From NCBI RefSeq assembly GCF_009914755.1, contig NC_060935.1: a stretch of DNA of 64,000 bases; one strand, given 5' to 3'. Origin of the DNA: the human T2T-CHM13v2.0 reference genome, Homo sapiens. The translations under genes were made by a program, and so were the position numbers. This document shows positions 29,201 through 44,585 of the stretch, piece after piece. Within the stretch, counting starts at the first letter, position 1. Each line of letters starts with the position of its first letter. Under the pieces are notes generated by a model, which made no database searches, was not told the origin of the DNA, and saw only the letters and a program-made list of their open reading frames with translations.

Positions 29201-30419
29201 GCTGCCCCATGTTGTTTATTATTGCAGTCAGAGCTCTGCCTAGGGTGGGAAACGAGCAAAAGGTGACTGGAGCCCCCATCGTACCCTCCAAGACTACTTT
29301 CATCCCTGGATTGTTTGGTTGGGCAAAACCACGATCTTTTCTCAGCATCCGGGTACCAATAGCCAGACACTCTTCTCCATACATTCATTTGGCCACTCTC
29401 TCTGTCCCTGATCATCCACACTTCCTTGGGCACACAGCTGAATATGGATGAGTGTTTGGCCTGAGCTGCCTCATCCTCCCGGTCCAATAGCCTCCACCCC
29501 TGCCCTCTCTCTCAGCACGCTTCCTGTTTCATTCCCAGTCCAGCGGCTGTGCCAGACTGTGAAGCTCCCAGCAGGCAGCAGGCCAGTCTCAGGACCATGA
29601 CAGGGTGAGTAATGCACAGGCCAGCCAGCAGGTCAGAGGGCAGCCGCTCCTGGAATTGCATCTCCTTAGATGAGGAGGCCGGTAACTGTGATCACCCAGT
29701 GGAATTAGTTCCCAGAGCTGATGGGCAAGATAAAGCACATTAGCAAAATGTGTCCTCTCTGACTTTATACCACAGGGGGCAGGGCCTTGCCTGGAGGATC
29801 TGGACTCACCATTGACTCTCCCCCAAGCTCCCGCCACTACATGATCATCTTATCAGCACCATCGTAGTCATGTAACTCTAGAATGTCAGAGCTAGAAGGG
29901 GCCAGACAAACCCCTTTTATAAATGAGGAGACAGTGCCCTAAAGGGCTCAAGCAGCTTCCTGAAACTTGCACCCCACTGTCCTGTCCATCTCAGTGACCC
30001 CTTCACTACATTTTGCCACCATGACTGTGAGAGACCTCCCCAGGGTAAAAAGAGCAGGTTGGGAGTATGAGCTACAGAGGTGAGGATGTCCCTATTTCTC
30101 AGATTAGCTTCAAAAAGGGAAATGCCAGGAAGGAGCTCCCCACCCCACAGACATATCCTTACTTGCAGGCAGGGGGAGAGATGGTACACTGCAATCGCCA
30201 GCCCTAGAGACCAGCTTCTTCTCCATCCATCACTCTAACCTACTCCATGTAAAGCTAAAGTCATACAGCCACAGAGAAAAATACTAAGAATAGTAAAGAA
30301 ACATGCCAAAAAAGACAGCAGCATCACCAAATAGCCTATAAATGTGCACAGACTTGTGTAATCAAGCAAACACCATCCAACTCAAACTAGGTAGGTACCA
30401 GTTTCTGATGTATAAGCAT

Positions 30420-30613
30420 ATTCATTCATTCATTCATTCAATCAACAAAGACATATATGAAGGTTCAGTCTACACTTATTCATATTTTATGCCAGCCACT
30501 AAATAGTTAGCAGGATAATTCATCTGTGCAATAGTTATATTGGTGCCTACAGTTTGGTAGGGGTAATAGATATAGTAAAAACAGTACAGCCTGATGTAAG
30601 AATATATCAAAAA

Positions 30614-30655
<42 letters not shown>

Positions 30656-31100
30656 CCATAAAATAGAGATGTGCACAAAGAGATTAAGCTTGCTTGGGAT
30701 GGATGAGGAGAACATCAAGAATGTCTTTGCAGAGGAGATACTATCGGAGCCAAATTTTGAATGATGACACACTCTGGGGAGTAGACTAAGAATTGAGCAG
30801 GCATAGCAGACAGACAACAGCAAAGAGAAGAGGACACAGGAGCCTTAGGCTGTTCAGAGAGTCATGCAGCATAACTGGAACGGGAGGTAACCATGGCTCT
30901 GTGTGTAGAGCTCAAATCACAAAAGGCCATATTTGCAAGAGCATGGCCTTGATGTTGAAGGTACTGCAGAGCCATTAAAGACTAGCATAAAAAGAATGAC
31001 AGAATTAGGCTTGCAATGAAGAAATACTCTGCTTCTCAAATGAAAAGCAAATTGAAGGGAGGTGAGGCTGATGGTCAGGAGGCTATGGAGCAGTCCAGAT
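30420..31100 (-). mobile_element. L2 fragment(s)
   Basis: (TTCA)n terminus at ~30420, followed by a degenerate L2 body (GAGCCATTAAAG...GGAGGCTATGGAGCAGTCCAGATGAG). Confidence 0.5.
30617..30654 (+). repeat. (CA)19 microsatellite
   Basis: Perfect dinucleotide run. Confidence 0.97.
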
Positions 31101-31883
31101 GAGGGCTTCCATTTGTAAAGTGCCTGATCATACCAGATACTAAACTCATCACTTTTATGACAACAAGTATGAATGAGCAGATGCTAGTTTCCAGACACTG
31201 TTCTGGGCAATGTAGACACAGTGGCTGATAAGCCTGACAGAGTCCCTGACCTTGAGCAGCTTACACTCTAATAGGGGGAGTTAAATACATAAGACAATTT
31301 CAAGGATGGATAAATCCTAGAAACTGATCATCTCATTATGTTACTTGCCCACAATTATATGGAAAGTAAGAGAAAGAGCCAAGATTTGAGCCCAGAACTG
31401 AATCCTCAGTCTATGATCTAGCCCACATGGACTTTAGGATAGAAGAACAACTTGGGCTCAGATGCGGTGGGAAGAAGGTGCAGAGGAGCTGGGGAGATAA
31501 GAGTCTGGATGATCCTAACGGCAGACTCTTCACAGTGTGCTGTTTAATCAGCTATTATTGGCTGTGGGTCAGCTAGCTGAGTAAGTTTATAATTTGCTAT
31601 AAGTCTTAGAATTTTCGTTAACTCATTTATTCACTCATTCACTAATGAACATTTACTCTGTTCTTGGCGCTTGATCTCTAAGCATGGAGGTAAATATAGA
31701 GCCTTTCCCTTTAATTTGTTCATAAAAAAGTGGGAAATCAACCAAATAAACAGAAACATAGAGAAAAGCAGGATAGGTGCCCTTAAGATAGTTAATACTG
31801 TACTGAATAGCTGCCTGCCAGATGCGGCATTACATGAAATATGGCAGGAAATATCAAAAGACATCTCTGTTTGTTACTGTTAC

Positions 31884-32189
<306 letters not shown>

Positions 32190-33139
32190 TGTTACTGAGT
32201 CAGGCAGAGAATGGCAATCAATCCAAGAAGAATGTGGGAAGGCCAAGATATGTGTAAGACAGTGTGAGAAAACATTGAGGCCTGAGAAACTTAAGGAAGA
32301 TGTTTAGACTCTAGAAATATCTGTCATTCCAAATGGCACTTCCATGCATACAGAAATGTAGCTTATTTCTTATACAGAGTTTTGTTTTCCAAACCAGAAA
32401 TGCCAGAATAAACCAGCTACATAAGAGTTTTCCTCTTAAGGAGGTCCATTCTGTATTTGGTTGAATTGTGTTCATATTACATAAAAGAGTTCTAAACCTA
32501 ATCTTTTAAAATTGCCCCCAAAGCCTGAAGCACATTGTCCCAGATATCTTTTCTAGTGCTTCATTTTTAGTCCTTCAAATATAAATTTGATTTATAGAGA
32601 CAGTCTAAATCTGTTAGAGCCAGGTGTGAAGAATACTAAGAACAATTTTGTGGGATGAATAATGTTTGATAAAAAAGAAGAGCAATAATTATAATCTAAA
32701 ATTCACCGAGTGCTTTCTCGGGGTCAGATGCTGTAACAAGTGACTTTTGTTCTCAAAAAAATCTATGATATGGATATAATTATTTTTATTCCTACTTTAT
32801 TGGTGAGAAAAAGATCTGAGAGGTAATGAACTTGTCCCAGGTCATATAAAGATTCTGAATCAAAATCTGTGTCTGAATCTAGGACTTGAGTTTTTAACCA
32901 TTATGTCATTCTATTCCTCTGCCATACGAGATTCTAAAATGAGGGCTTATAAGTTAGACAAGCAGCAAGACCATTTTATAAAGCTTCTTGTAGCTTAACA
33001 TTCTAACTTTTGGAGACTACACATCATAATACATTACACATATGACATATTACACATATGACGTACGTGTAATGTACCTATATTTTGAATAGATGTGGCT
33101 TACAGATAGTCTCTTGAAATGGCTAACAGATAACTACAT

Positions 33140-34380
<1,241 letters not shown>

Positions 34381-34849
34381 TAATCTGTGTTGAATTGCTA
34401 CAGTCTCTGACAAAATTATTAATAAGTTAAATATGTATTAATTTTTATTTACAGCTTTATTTTTACATTTTGGGCCCAGTCATTCTTTTTTCTAGTCTCA
34501 TATTTTGTGAAGGCATCGAAAAACATGCTGACCGTAGGGGCACCATGGCTATAACGACTTGCCTACAGTTTGTTTCCAAGGAAAAGCCGTAGAAAGGATT
34601 AGAATCTCACAGTTGGATTATGTCTGTAGTCTCTTAAAATGAATACTGTACTGTGCCAAACAACCTTTAGTCTCCTTGCTTAAAAGCCTCAAGTCAGATG
34701 TATGATCTCTCTTACTCTGAGGAAATGCAGGGGCGTGTCCCTGGTGATCATCTTGGTTGAGTTTCCTGTCTTGGCTCCGTTGCCTGAAACCTCATCCAAT
34801 GTCACCTTTTAGTGAATCTAAAAGCCACTCAGAAAATAGGCAGAATCTA

Positions 34850-36320
34850 CCTATTACTCTGAATTATTCGTGGGCAGGGCATAGCGTACCCATCTCCCAA
34901 ATCACACTTCAGCTTTAGGATTTCTACGTCTTACCCCCATAGGTATTTTGAGGAGCAGGGCAGCCTCTATCGTGGCTTCATTTATTTTGCTTTCGGAAAA
35001 GTGGAAAGAGATTTCCCTAAGCACTGGAAAGAATCTGAGATAGGAAAGAGAAAGCCAGAAGAGAAACAAACTTCAGACAGCAGCGTGGAGGAAGGAAGTG
35101 GAAACAGAGACCAGATGAATTCCGCTCCCCAACTTTCAACCCAAAACTGCCTCCTGAGCTGCGGGGTCCCAGAGGCTCCTGGGTCCTCCAGCAGGAATCA
35201 ATGTGCACATTTCCATATCAAAGAAACAAGCTCCCCGCACAGGACCTCAGTGAAAGGAGATCTGCACTGAGAAGAAAGCGAAGTTAGGCGCCTCGGCAAG
35301 CATTTAGAAATAACTTTAAGCACCAGCAGCTCAGGCCTCATTTTTGTAATGCTCAATCACGGATCACCTATCGACCAACCCATCAAACTCCCCGCCCCCA
35401 GCACTTTTATTTCTCCTCTTTAGGAAGTACACTTCAGTATCTTTGGCACAGTGCATGAGCACGACTAAAGTAAAACATCGCAGAAAACATAGCTTTAGTC
35501 TACCCTTCGTGTCCTAAAAGGAAAACCAGTAGCTTCCCAGGCCACCGGAAGGGCAACACATGTCCTCTGCAGTTTCTGCACACGGGAAGGTAAAGACAGA
35601 GAGAGGACCTACTCCTCAACACAGAAACATTTCAAAATCTTTCCTCGCCTGCAACCCAAGCTGAAGTCATTCTCCCCAGAAATAACAAAAGTTGGAAGAG
35701 AAGCCGGAGACAGGATAGGTGCAGGAAGCCCACACTTTGAGGGCAGCACTCAGACACCCTCTCCTGTGTGCAGGACGTGCCGAATGTTCAGGTGCAATGA
35801 GAATGAGCCATGCTTGGCTTACGAGGGCAATCTGGCCCATCAAGTGGCCTTCGCCTCTGGGAGTAACAAAAATGCACTTCAAAATAGCTTCTGTAATCAA
35901 GCTGCATGGGTGGAGTACTCCCCAGCTGACTCCAGGAAGTTCTCTATCCAAAGCTATTCATTAGGCCAGAGCTGTGCAAATAATTAGTCACCCACTTGCT
36001 CCATAACCCTCCATGACAGCCCAGGCATTGAGTCCAGGTGGGACCATCAAGCCATGCTCTGGTGGCTCATGCATTATCATAGAAATGGGAGGCTTTATTT
36101 ATTTTACTAAAAAGAACAAAAACAACAGACTGCTGTCCTTTAGACAATAGGATCACGTCATCTGAGCCCTCTGTGCCCCAGGTGACAAGCCCAGCCCCAA
36201 GTTCTCTTTCCTCAGCCTCCCCACACATGTTCTGGAGGAGATGGGCCCAGCAGGCTGCTCTGAGGCCTGGCTGTCTCATCCTGAGAATGCGTCACCGTGA
36301 AGTGCCCTTGCAGATGTTTC
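34850..36320. promoter_or_regulatory. Candidate lymphoid enhancer, containing the putative GS94 knock-in site
   Basis: No recognisable repeat, and CpG-richer than the flanks. ETS cores AGGAAGTG 35093, AGGAAGTA 35422, ACCGGAAG 35544 and CAGGAAGT 35933; GC box CCCCGCCCCC 35390; TCACGTCA ~36153. Protospacer 35805-35824 recalled as the GS94 guide. Confidence 0.5.
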
Positions 36321-36719
36321 CTGGGCTAAGCCTGACAAGGCTGAGAGCAGAGACTTTGGCAGCAGGAGGCCAGGGGGAAACAAGAGGCAGCCCTGAACTC
36401 AGCCTTCACGGCCCTCCCTAAACACATGGGCCAGCCACAGGGAAGAAAAAAATGCCCTGTAGCACAGGAATCTAAAACATTGCTGTTGTTCTAGTTAATA
36501 AAAGGACTTAGAGATTGAAAAGAAGTACCATCTGTATGGCTGGCAACAGACAGCATGATTTTGATGACTGACTCTGGGGAGATCTGAGAAAACAGTACAT
36601 AATATGTCCTTACCTCTGCTCCATCATTCATGACCCAAGCTCCTGCCCTGTCTTCTCAGGAAGATTCTTACAGTAACTCCAGTTTGGAATTCCCCTTTCA
36701 TATTTGAAATAACAACAGT

Positions 36720-36990
36720 AATAGTGACCACTAATGCTTACCGAGTGTCCACTCTGTGCCAAGCATCGTGTTTTTATCATCTTTTTTGTTAGGCACTGTA
36801 CATGGATTAATACAATTACAACCCACCACAACCCCATGAGATAAGTACTTGTACTATCCTCATTTTATGGGTGATGATACAAGAAACAGAAAGGTTCAGC
36901 AACATGCCTAAAGCCACACAGCTACTATGAGGCAAAGTCTAGGTTTGAACTCAGAAATTCTGACTTCAGACTCACTTATCTTATTATACT
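36720..36990 (-). mobile_element. MIR
   Basis: CCCCATGAGATAAGTACT...CCTCATTTTAT...GGTTTGAACTCAG...TCTGACTTCAGA. Confidence 0.7.
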
Positions 36991-39900
36991 TCACTTAGTA
37001 TCTCCCATTAATTAATTCATTCATTCTTCCTTTTATTTGTTAATTCACCAAATATTCTGGGAAGCTACTTGTCTAGACACTGTATGAAAAATGAGAATGG
37101 ATACAAAGCAACCTCAGACATGAACTCAAGGTCCTTACAAGCTTAAACGTATATGATACATTTCCAAATAGCAATACTATGAGGACAGCTGATACTCACA
37201 ACATAAGTCTTGGTGGTCACAGGAGATCTATCATAGGATTTCACGAAGAACCTGACACTGAAAACCAGAACTTGAGGGAAATAAAACCAAAATAGAAAGC
37301 ATTGCTCACAGAAGCACGTTCAAGCGTAGCCCAGCAGAATGCATGTTTATAGACAGCAATTTTCTAGATTGGTAATTATGACATATGCATGAGTAGCACC
37401 ATGAGTGATAAGAACAAGACTGGCAGGTTATGGCCAAAAAATGAAGATTACTGAGTTTAGGTTTATTTGTAGACCAAGGGGAGTCCATGAAGGTATTTGA
37501 ACAAAAGAATGATGCAATGAAATTGTGCTTTGGGAAGATTAATCTGCAGTGTACATCGTGACTAAGTTAGAAGGGAGAGAAGAAACAGAGGATGAGTTGG
37601 GTGACTATCACAGAACAGGCAAGAGATAATGGCAAGTTAAACCAGAATGAGATGGCAGTGGTATAGAGTAGAGCTGCTGGGGAACCCGCAGGGAAAGTTC
37701 AATGAAAGGACGTGTTGGCCTTCTGTATATGAAAGCCCATGGAGGGGAATTGTGCGTAACTAGGGGGCTGGAGGAATATTGTTCTATTAAGAAAGAGAAG
37801 AATTATGAGGATGGTGTAGTTTATGTGAATAGTACCAGAGAGTTTGACTTTGAGCTCCATGTAAGTATGTACATACTTACAAAGCAGAGAACTGAACATC
37901 TTTGACTATAGCTTAGGAGAGAGTTCCAATGTGCTGAAAGAAATTTAAGCATCATCCACACAATAGTGGCCATTATAATGGTAGATGGAGATGGAATTGA
38001 CATAAAACAGTAATTGCAGAATTTTTTAAATTATAGAATGAAAAATAATACAGGCTGGAAGTTCCCTGAAGGTGTCACATATCCCTGATTTATATTCAAG
38101 GCCATAGGCTACACAATAGGCTTACAATAAATAGTTATTTGTGGAAAAAATGAAGCCTTGTAGATTCAGGATAAACTAGAAAATTAGTCTGGACAGCTGC
38201 GGAAACTTTAACTTCTACCCTGAAAATCATAGTAGTGGACAAATTAAACTAAATTTCTTCTCTAAGCCATTGGTAACTTTCAGCTCTAAAATGTCAAGCC
38301 TTTCAGAAGAGTGGACTTGTGTTTCCCATCTCCACATCCCATCCGCAAAATGCGGGCAGAAGTTTCACCTTCAGCCCTAGAAACATCTTTTCAAACTCCA
38401 CAGAAGAATTTTAGACACTGTTCTAAACTGCAAAGTAATTATTAAATGTTGCATTTAATATTAAAAAAATAAGTCCCTTTTATCAACTTCTTATAAACAG
38501 AAGTTGTTTTTAAGAATTGCTCAGCCTGGTTGACAGATTGAAGAGGGTGAATTCTGAGTTAGGGCTCCAGCCAGCTTTCCCCAAATCAAGGATGATGGAC
38601 ATGATGTGTGTACACTTGAGATGGGTCAATATTCAACAGTGGCCAAAAGCACACGCTGAGCGGTAGAATAATTTCCACTCGAATTTTCAGGTCAACCCTC
38701 TAAGAGATATTTGGGGCAACATGATGACTCTGCAGTGGTTTTTCTCTGGTGGTTCTGTGTAGATTGAAGGATGGTTGAGGAGATAAACAAGGAGACAAAC
38801 AGAGTGTTACCACAGATACCTGAATTTGTTTCTTCTCATCAAAAGTTATTTACCACACACTGGTTCTTTTGATCTCTTTCTGGTCCCTATCAAAGACATT
38901 GGCTTGTACCTTCACCTAATTCTCAAATCAAACTTTTCAAACTTTAAAATTTAAAAAAAAGAATTTAATTCATTATTTTATTTCATCTTTTTACCCTTTC
39001 TGCCATCGTCTTTATATTTCCCATCTCCCCAGGTAGTATATGATGAAATTTCCTCACCTTAGCCTTATATGTCAGGGGAAATGTTGAAATTAGCTATTTC
39101 TTGGGACCTAACACTCAAACTTAGATTCATTTTTTTGGTCTTATTTTTCAGACCCAAAGTAAGATCAAAGCCTTAACTAAGATCACCCAGCACTGGAGGG
39201 ACTGTGGTGGGACATAAAATCTACAGCTTCCATAGCCTGGGAGCTCAGAGCATGAGGAAACAAAAGACCATCACTTCATCATCCTCAGCTTCAGTAAGGC
39301 ACTAGATTTAAAGGGTTAGAGATAGTAATAAGAACCATTTTTAAAACTAGATTAAAAGGTTAAAGTAGAAATTGGTATTGTCGTCTTTTTGTAAAATGCA
39401 TATGGAGAGGGGGAAAGGAGCATTTCGGTAATCCATCTCCAGTCTGTGCATTTAGTAAGTAAAACGCTAACCAGCATGTCCGCGTCCACACTTCTACAAA
39501 CACACTCCTCCTCCTCTCTGCTAGATGTAAATGACTCCACAAGTCAGAAGCATGGAGTCGGCCTGAAATATCTTGCCCCTATTCCCTTTCCCTCATATAT
39601 AATCAATCTCATTAATCAACACTCCCACGTTTAAAGTCTGCTCTAAAAACAAACACATACATATCTATCTTGTCAAGACTAGTAATATCAAAGGGGAATT
39701 TTGCCCCTGAGAGGGATATTTTATATATATTTATGGTGCTATTACAATTATATGATCAAGAATCATTGTTTCTGTATTTTTAATTTAAGGCATGTTTCCA
39801 TGAAGGATACCCATGCATATGAATAAATGAAACTGTATCTGTTTTTCCACAAAGATGTTTGAAATTCTTTCGTGAATTTCACTCAAGAAACTCTTTCTTG

Positions 39901-40363
39901 AATGCACTTTGCATTCAAGACCCAGGTTCAATCCACAATTTGGGGTAAAGGTCCCCACAATCAAGTCACAGAATCTTGTTTGAGCTAACAACCAGTTATT
40001 CTACCCAAAGTAAAGAGTAACTTAAATTTTCCCATTGTTCTTCCAGGCTGGAAGATGTAAGAAACACACACAGTATAGTGTAGGTTTCCTCCATAGTTAA
40101 GTACCCCAGAGCTAGGCTGAAATCCAGTGTTGGATTGTTTCCAACTTATAGTAGGGAACCGCCAATGACATGAAAGAGCATTACCTTACCGGACTGATTC
40201 ATATTCTACTTCCAGTCATAGTACAAATGATCACATGTCCACACCCACATGTGCTCTGATAAGTAGTCAATTGAGAGGAGTGAGTCAGGGAGCCGTAACT
40301 TTGCAGCCAACCTGCCAAGAAGAACTGATGCTTTTAGAAATTCAGCAGCTTTCATTGGCATAG

Positions 40364-40732
<369 letters not shown>

Positions 40733-41986
40733 TATCTCAGGATTCTTAATGTAAAAACAGTTCAGTATGGAAAGCGTACTTATGACAGAGCTGTTGCAGA
40801 ATGTGAAATCACCCATGTGCCTAAGTGTCTCCCTACTACCTGGAACACTAGACCACATGCAGCAGGCCCGCCTCCACAGGTGAAGGCCTCTGTTCAATTG
40901 AAGAGGAGCTTTGACACCTTGGAAACAGAGGTGGAGCCAAGAGGCTGGAAAAGCCTACCTGTCACTACTGAATTTTCAGAACACAACTGTAAATACCCTC
41001 TGGGTTTATTTGGGAGAAGAATGTGTATTATAAAGTATAGTTTGTAAATCAAAGCAAAGCACATAAATATGATCTTGTTCACATAAGTGCTAAGAAGGGC
41101 TAAATATATTTCCCTAGAATCGGCACGATCCCAGGGCTGAAGGCTGAAAGAAACCCCATCAAGCCCAGAAAGACACTGGTAGGTATAGTGGAAATAGTAT
41201 TTGTCTTAAATTTAAAAAGCAAAGGTGGAACTCCAAGTTTGCCACTATCTATAAGCTATTTATCCCTTCTATATTCACTTTCCTTATGGATAGAGAGGAT
41301 TGAGTTAGTTGGCTTTTAAAAATCTTTCTCGCATGAAACTGACTGTAATCTAAGTCCCTTTTCCACTTCCTTTTTATTTGGTTTTTATTTATTCATTCAG
41401 TATATTCATTCAGCAACATTTATTCAAACACAAGACATTGCTAGATATGCAAATAGCTGCAACACCTTAAGCCCAACTCATGGTCTCCCGTGGCTTTTCA
41501 TATGTCTTATTCTCTTTGAGCCTCACAATAATCCTGTGAGTATAGGCAAGCCTGTCATGTCTATTGCACTTTAACATGAGGACACAAGGAATTGGTGAGA
41601 ATAAATGTTTCAACAAAAATGATATGTCTAAAAATGATAAGAAATGGGGTCAGTAACCATATCTTTTTACTCTTGGATTAAACTTTCATCTACTATTTCA
41701 AATTTTCTCACCAAAATAATATTCTGCCCTTTTAATTGGACATTATTCTTTATAAAATACCCTCTGGAAAAAACCTAATTTGATCTTTACAAAACTCATA
41801 CAAAGTTGTTAGAATCAAGCCTATCTGACACAACCAGACACGAAATAAAGACTTGAGCTATGTTAACTCAAATATAGTCGGCTACTTAGCTGAATTCTCA
41901 TAGGCTAAATATAAGGAAGATTATAAACCACTCATTTTCTGCTATATATCAGGCAGGTACTATGCTATTTTCTTAACATATGTCTA

Positions 41987-42313
<327 letters not shown>

Positions 42314-42804
42314 ACAATAACCCTCTTCAGAAGGAATTATCATTTAACAGGAAAAAATTAATGAGGCTCGGTTAAGTAATCTGTATAAGGTCACATAGCT
42401 AATAAGTGGCTGGAGCAAAACGCAAATATAGGCATGTCTGACTGCAAAGTTCCAGCTCTTCACACAGTTCACAGGGAGAGTCTATAATTGAAAATTGATA
42501 AACTTGGTTCCAGGTCACATCAAGCTATCTAACTGATCTCTATCTTTCAAGAGACAGTGTTCCTAACTTAGATATATCTGGAAGGAAAATCTGAGAGGGT
42601 GGAACTAAGAAAAAACACATTTACAAATAATATAATCAAATGAATTGGGTGATACAGATGCCAGGATGAGAAAAATTCTACCACAGTCCTACAGAGAGGG
42701 GTTGTGCAGCTAGCGAGCAGTGGTTAGTATTATTTCTTAAATGTATCACAAAGCTCTGTCCAATTACATTTTGAAGAGTTCAGTGCTTGAGGCTGGAAGT
42801 GTCA

Positions 42805-43202
42805 TAGTTTTATTTGTCAGGATAATGAGGTTATGCTGCAGGAACAAATCAACCCTCAAAATCTCAGCGGCATAACGACAACTATAAAGTTTTATTTCTC
42901 ACTATGCAAAGCCTGCTGCAGGTCCAGTAGCTTTCCAGGACAACTCTCTTTTGTGAGGTACATCAGGCTCCACTCTACTTCTCCAATATTTTTCTACAAC
43001 ACGCCTGGTCTTCAGGTTCCCATAGCAAAGAAAAAGACACATGGTCAAGTGCTGTCCCTTTAATGCTACAACCCAGAAACAATATGTGCCAATTCCACTT
43101 GTAGCCCATTTGTCAGAACTAGTCACATGACCTTACCTGGCACAAGGGAGCTGCGGAGCACGTGGTTTAGACGTTTGGGAAGCTATAACTATCTCTGCCA
43201 TA
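42805..43202 (-). mobile_element. MLT1J/K-like LTR
   Basis: GTCAGGATAATGAGGTTATGCTGCAG...AAAATCTCAGCGGC...AAGTTTTATTTCTC...AGAACTAGTCACATG. Confidence 0.7.
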
Positions 43203-43239
43203 TTACTTTTCAAGGACAGTAAATCCCATTCCCAGCACA

Positions 43240-43703
43240 TCTAAAGAGTGGGTATTTGGGGTTTTCCTTGCAGGGGCCTCTATCCTTTTTTACCCTTCTC
43301 TGTGCACCGGGAGACTGAACCAGACACATCAAATACACGCCCTCCTCTTCACTTCCTGCACCTCTGACTTCCTCTTGTATTACTACAAGAAGCACCTATG
43401 GAAGAGAAAAGTAAGGTCAAGATAATGATTGTTTTTTTCTTCCTGTGACATCTCCAAGGAATGAGACTAGGGCTCTACCATTTTCCACTTTAACTCTCTC
43501 TTTCTGGGCTCCAGAAACCATTCCTATCCTTCATCCCTTCAGGGACCCCAGCAACCTATTCTTATGGAGCTGAGGGCATTGCACCATTTCTTGTGATTTC
43601 TCTGTACTCTGCCCACATTTTTATAAGTTATCTGTCTACTAAACTCTTTCCAGATTACCCAATTTAAATTCTCCTGGTTCCTGCTGAGATACTGACTGAT
43701 ACA
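43240..43703 (+). mobile_element. LTR33-like (ERVL) LTR
   Basis: The 3' end ACTAAACTCTTTCCAGATTACCCAATTT...CCTGCTGAGATACTGACTGATACA matches the LTR33 terminus. Confidence 0.6.
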
Positions 43704-44144
43704 AGGGAATTCTGAAAAAGGATTACATATTTTAACTATTCAAAAGAGCCTCTGTTGGACTCTACCACTTGAGTTAGAAGTGTATTAACCTGTAATAGAA
43801 TTTACTTATAATAACTGCATAAATTGGTGTTCTCTTTCTATTTCTCTCTGCATTTCTATCCATCCTCAGTATCATCAGAAAAGTTGATTGATTTTTTTGG
43901 ATAGTTTGTGTTCTTAGAATCCCCTAGTGACCTCTCATTACCATAGAAAAATATCCAAAATTAATAGCCCAGATTTCAATACACTCCATTAATCAGCCAA
44001 TTTTCAGTTCACTCCAGGTATATTGCTCTCAATTCTCCAGACCAAAGGTTAGTAAACTATAGCGTGTGGGCCAAATCTGGTACATTTATAAATAAACTTT
44101 TATTGAAACACAGTCACACTCATTCATTCTATGTGTCAATGAGT

Positions 44145-44371
44145 GTCACATAGCTAATAAGTGGCTGGAGTGAAACGCAAACATAGGCATGTCTGACTGC
44201 AAAGTTCCAGCTCTTCACACAGTTCACAGGGAGAGTCTATAATTGAAAATTGATAAACTTGGTTCCAGGTCACATCAAGCTATCTAACTGATCTCTATCT
44301 TTCAAGAGACAGTTATCCTAACTTAGATATATCTGGAAGGAAAATCTGAGAAGGTGGAACTAAGAAAAAAC
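44145..44371 (+). repeat. Direct copy of 42390-42616
   Basis: 227 bp with 6 substitutions counted by eye (~97% identity). Confidence 0.97.
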
Positions 44372-44395
44372 TCATTCACATAGAATGAATGTGAA

Positions 44396-44585
44396 AGAAG
44401 GGTAAAAAAGGGTAGAGTGCCCCTGCAAGGAAAACCCCAAATACCCACTCTTTAGATGTGCTGGGTATGGGATTTACTGTCCTTGAAAAGTAATATGACA
44501 GAGATAGTTATAGCTTCCCAAACGTCTAAACCACGTGCTCCGCAGCTCCCCTGTGCCAGGTAAGGTCATGTGACTAGTTCTGACA
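44396..44585 (-). repeat. Inverted copy of 43111-43299
   Basis: The reverse complement matches 43111-43299 with about 4 substitutions and 1 indel (~97%). Confidence 0.97.

Noticed and set aside
29768-29784. CTCF-like ACCACAGGGGGCAG
   Set aside because: It mismatches key 5' core positions and cannot be supported without ChIP data.
34850-36320. CpG island or gene promoter
   Set aside because: CpG density is only modestly raised, GC is about 50%, and there is no downstream exon evidence.
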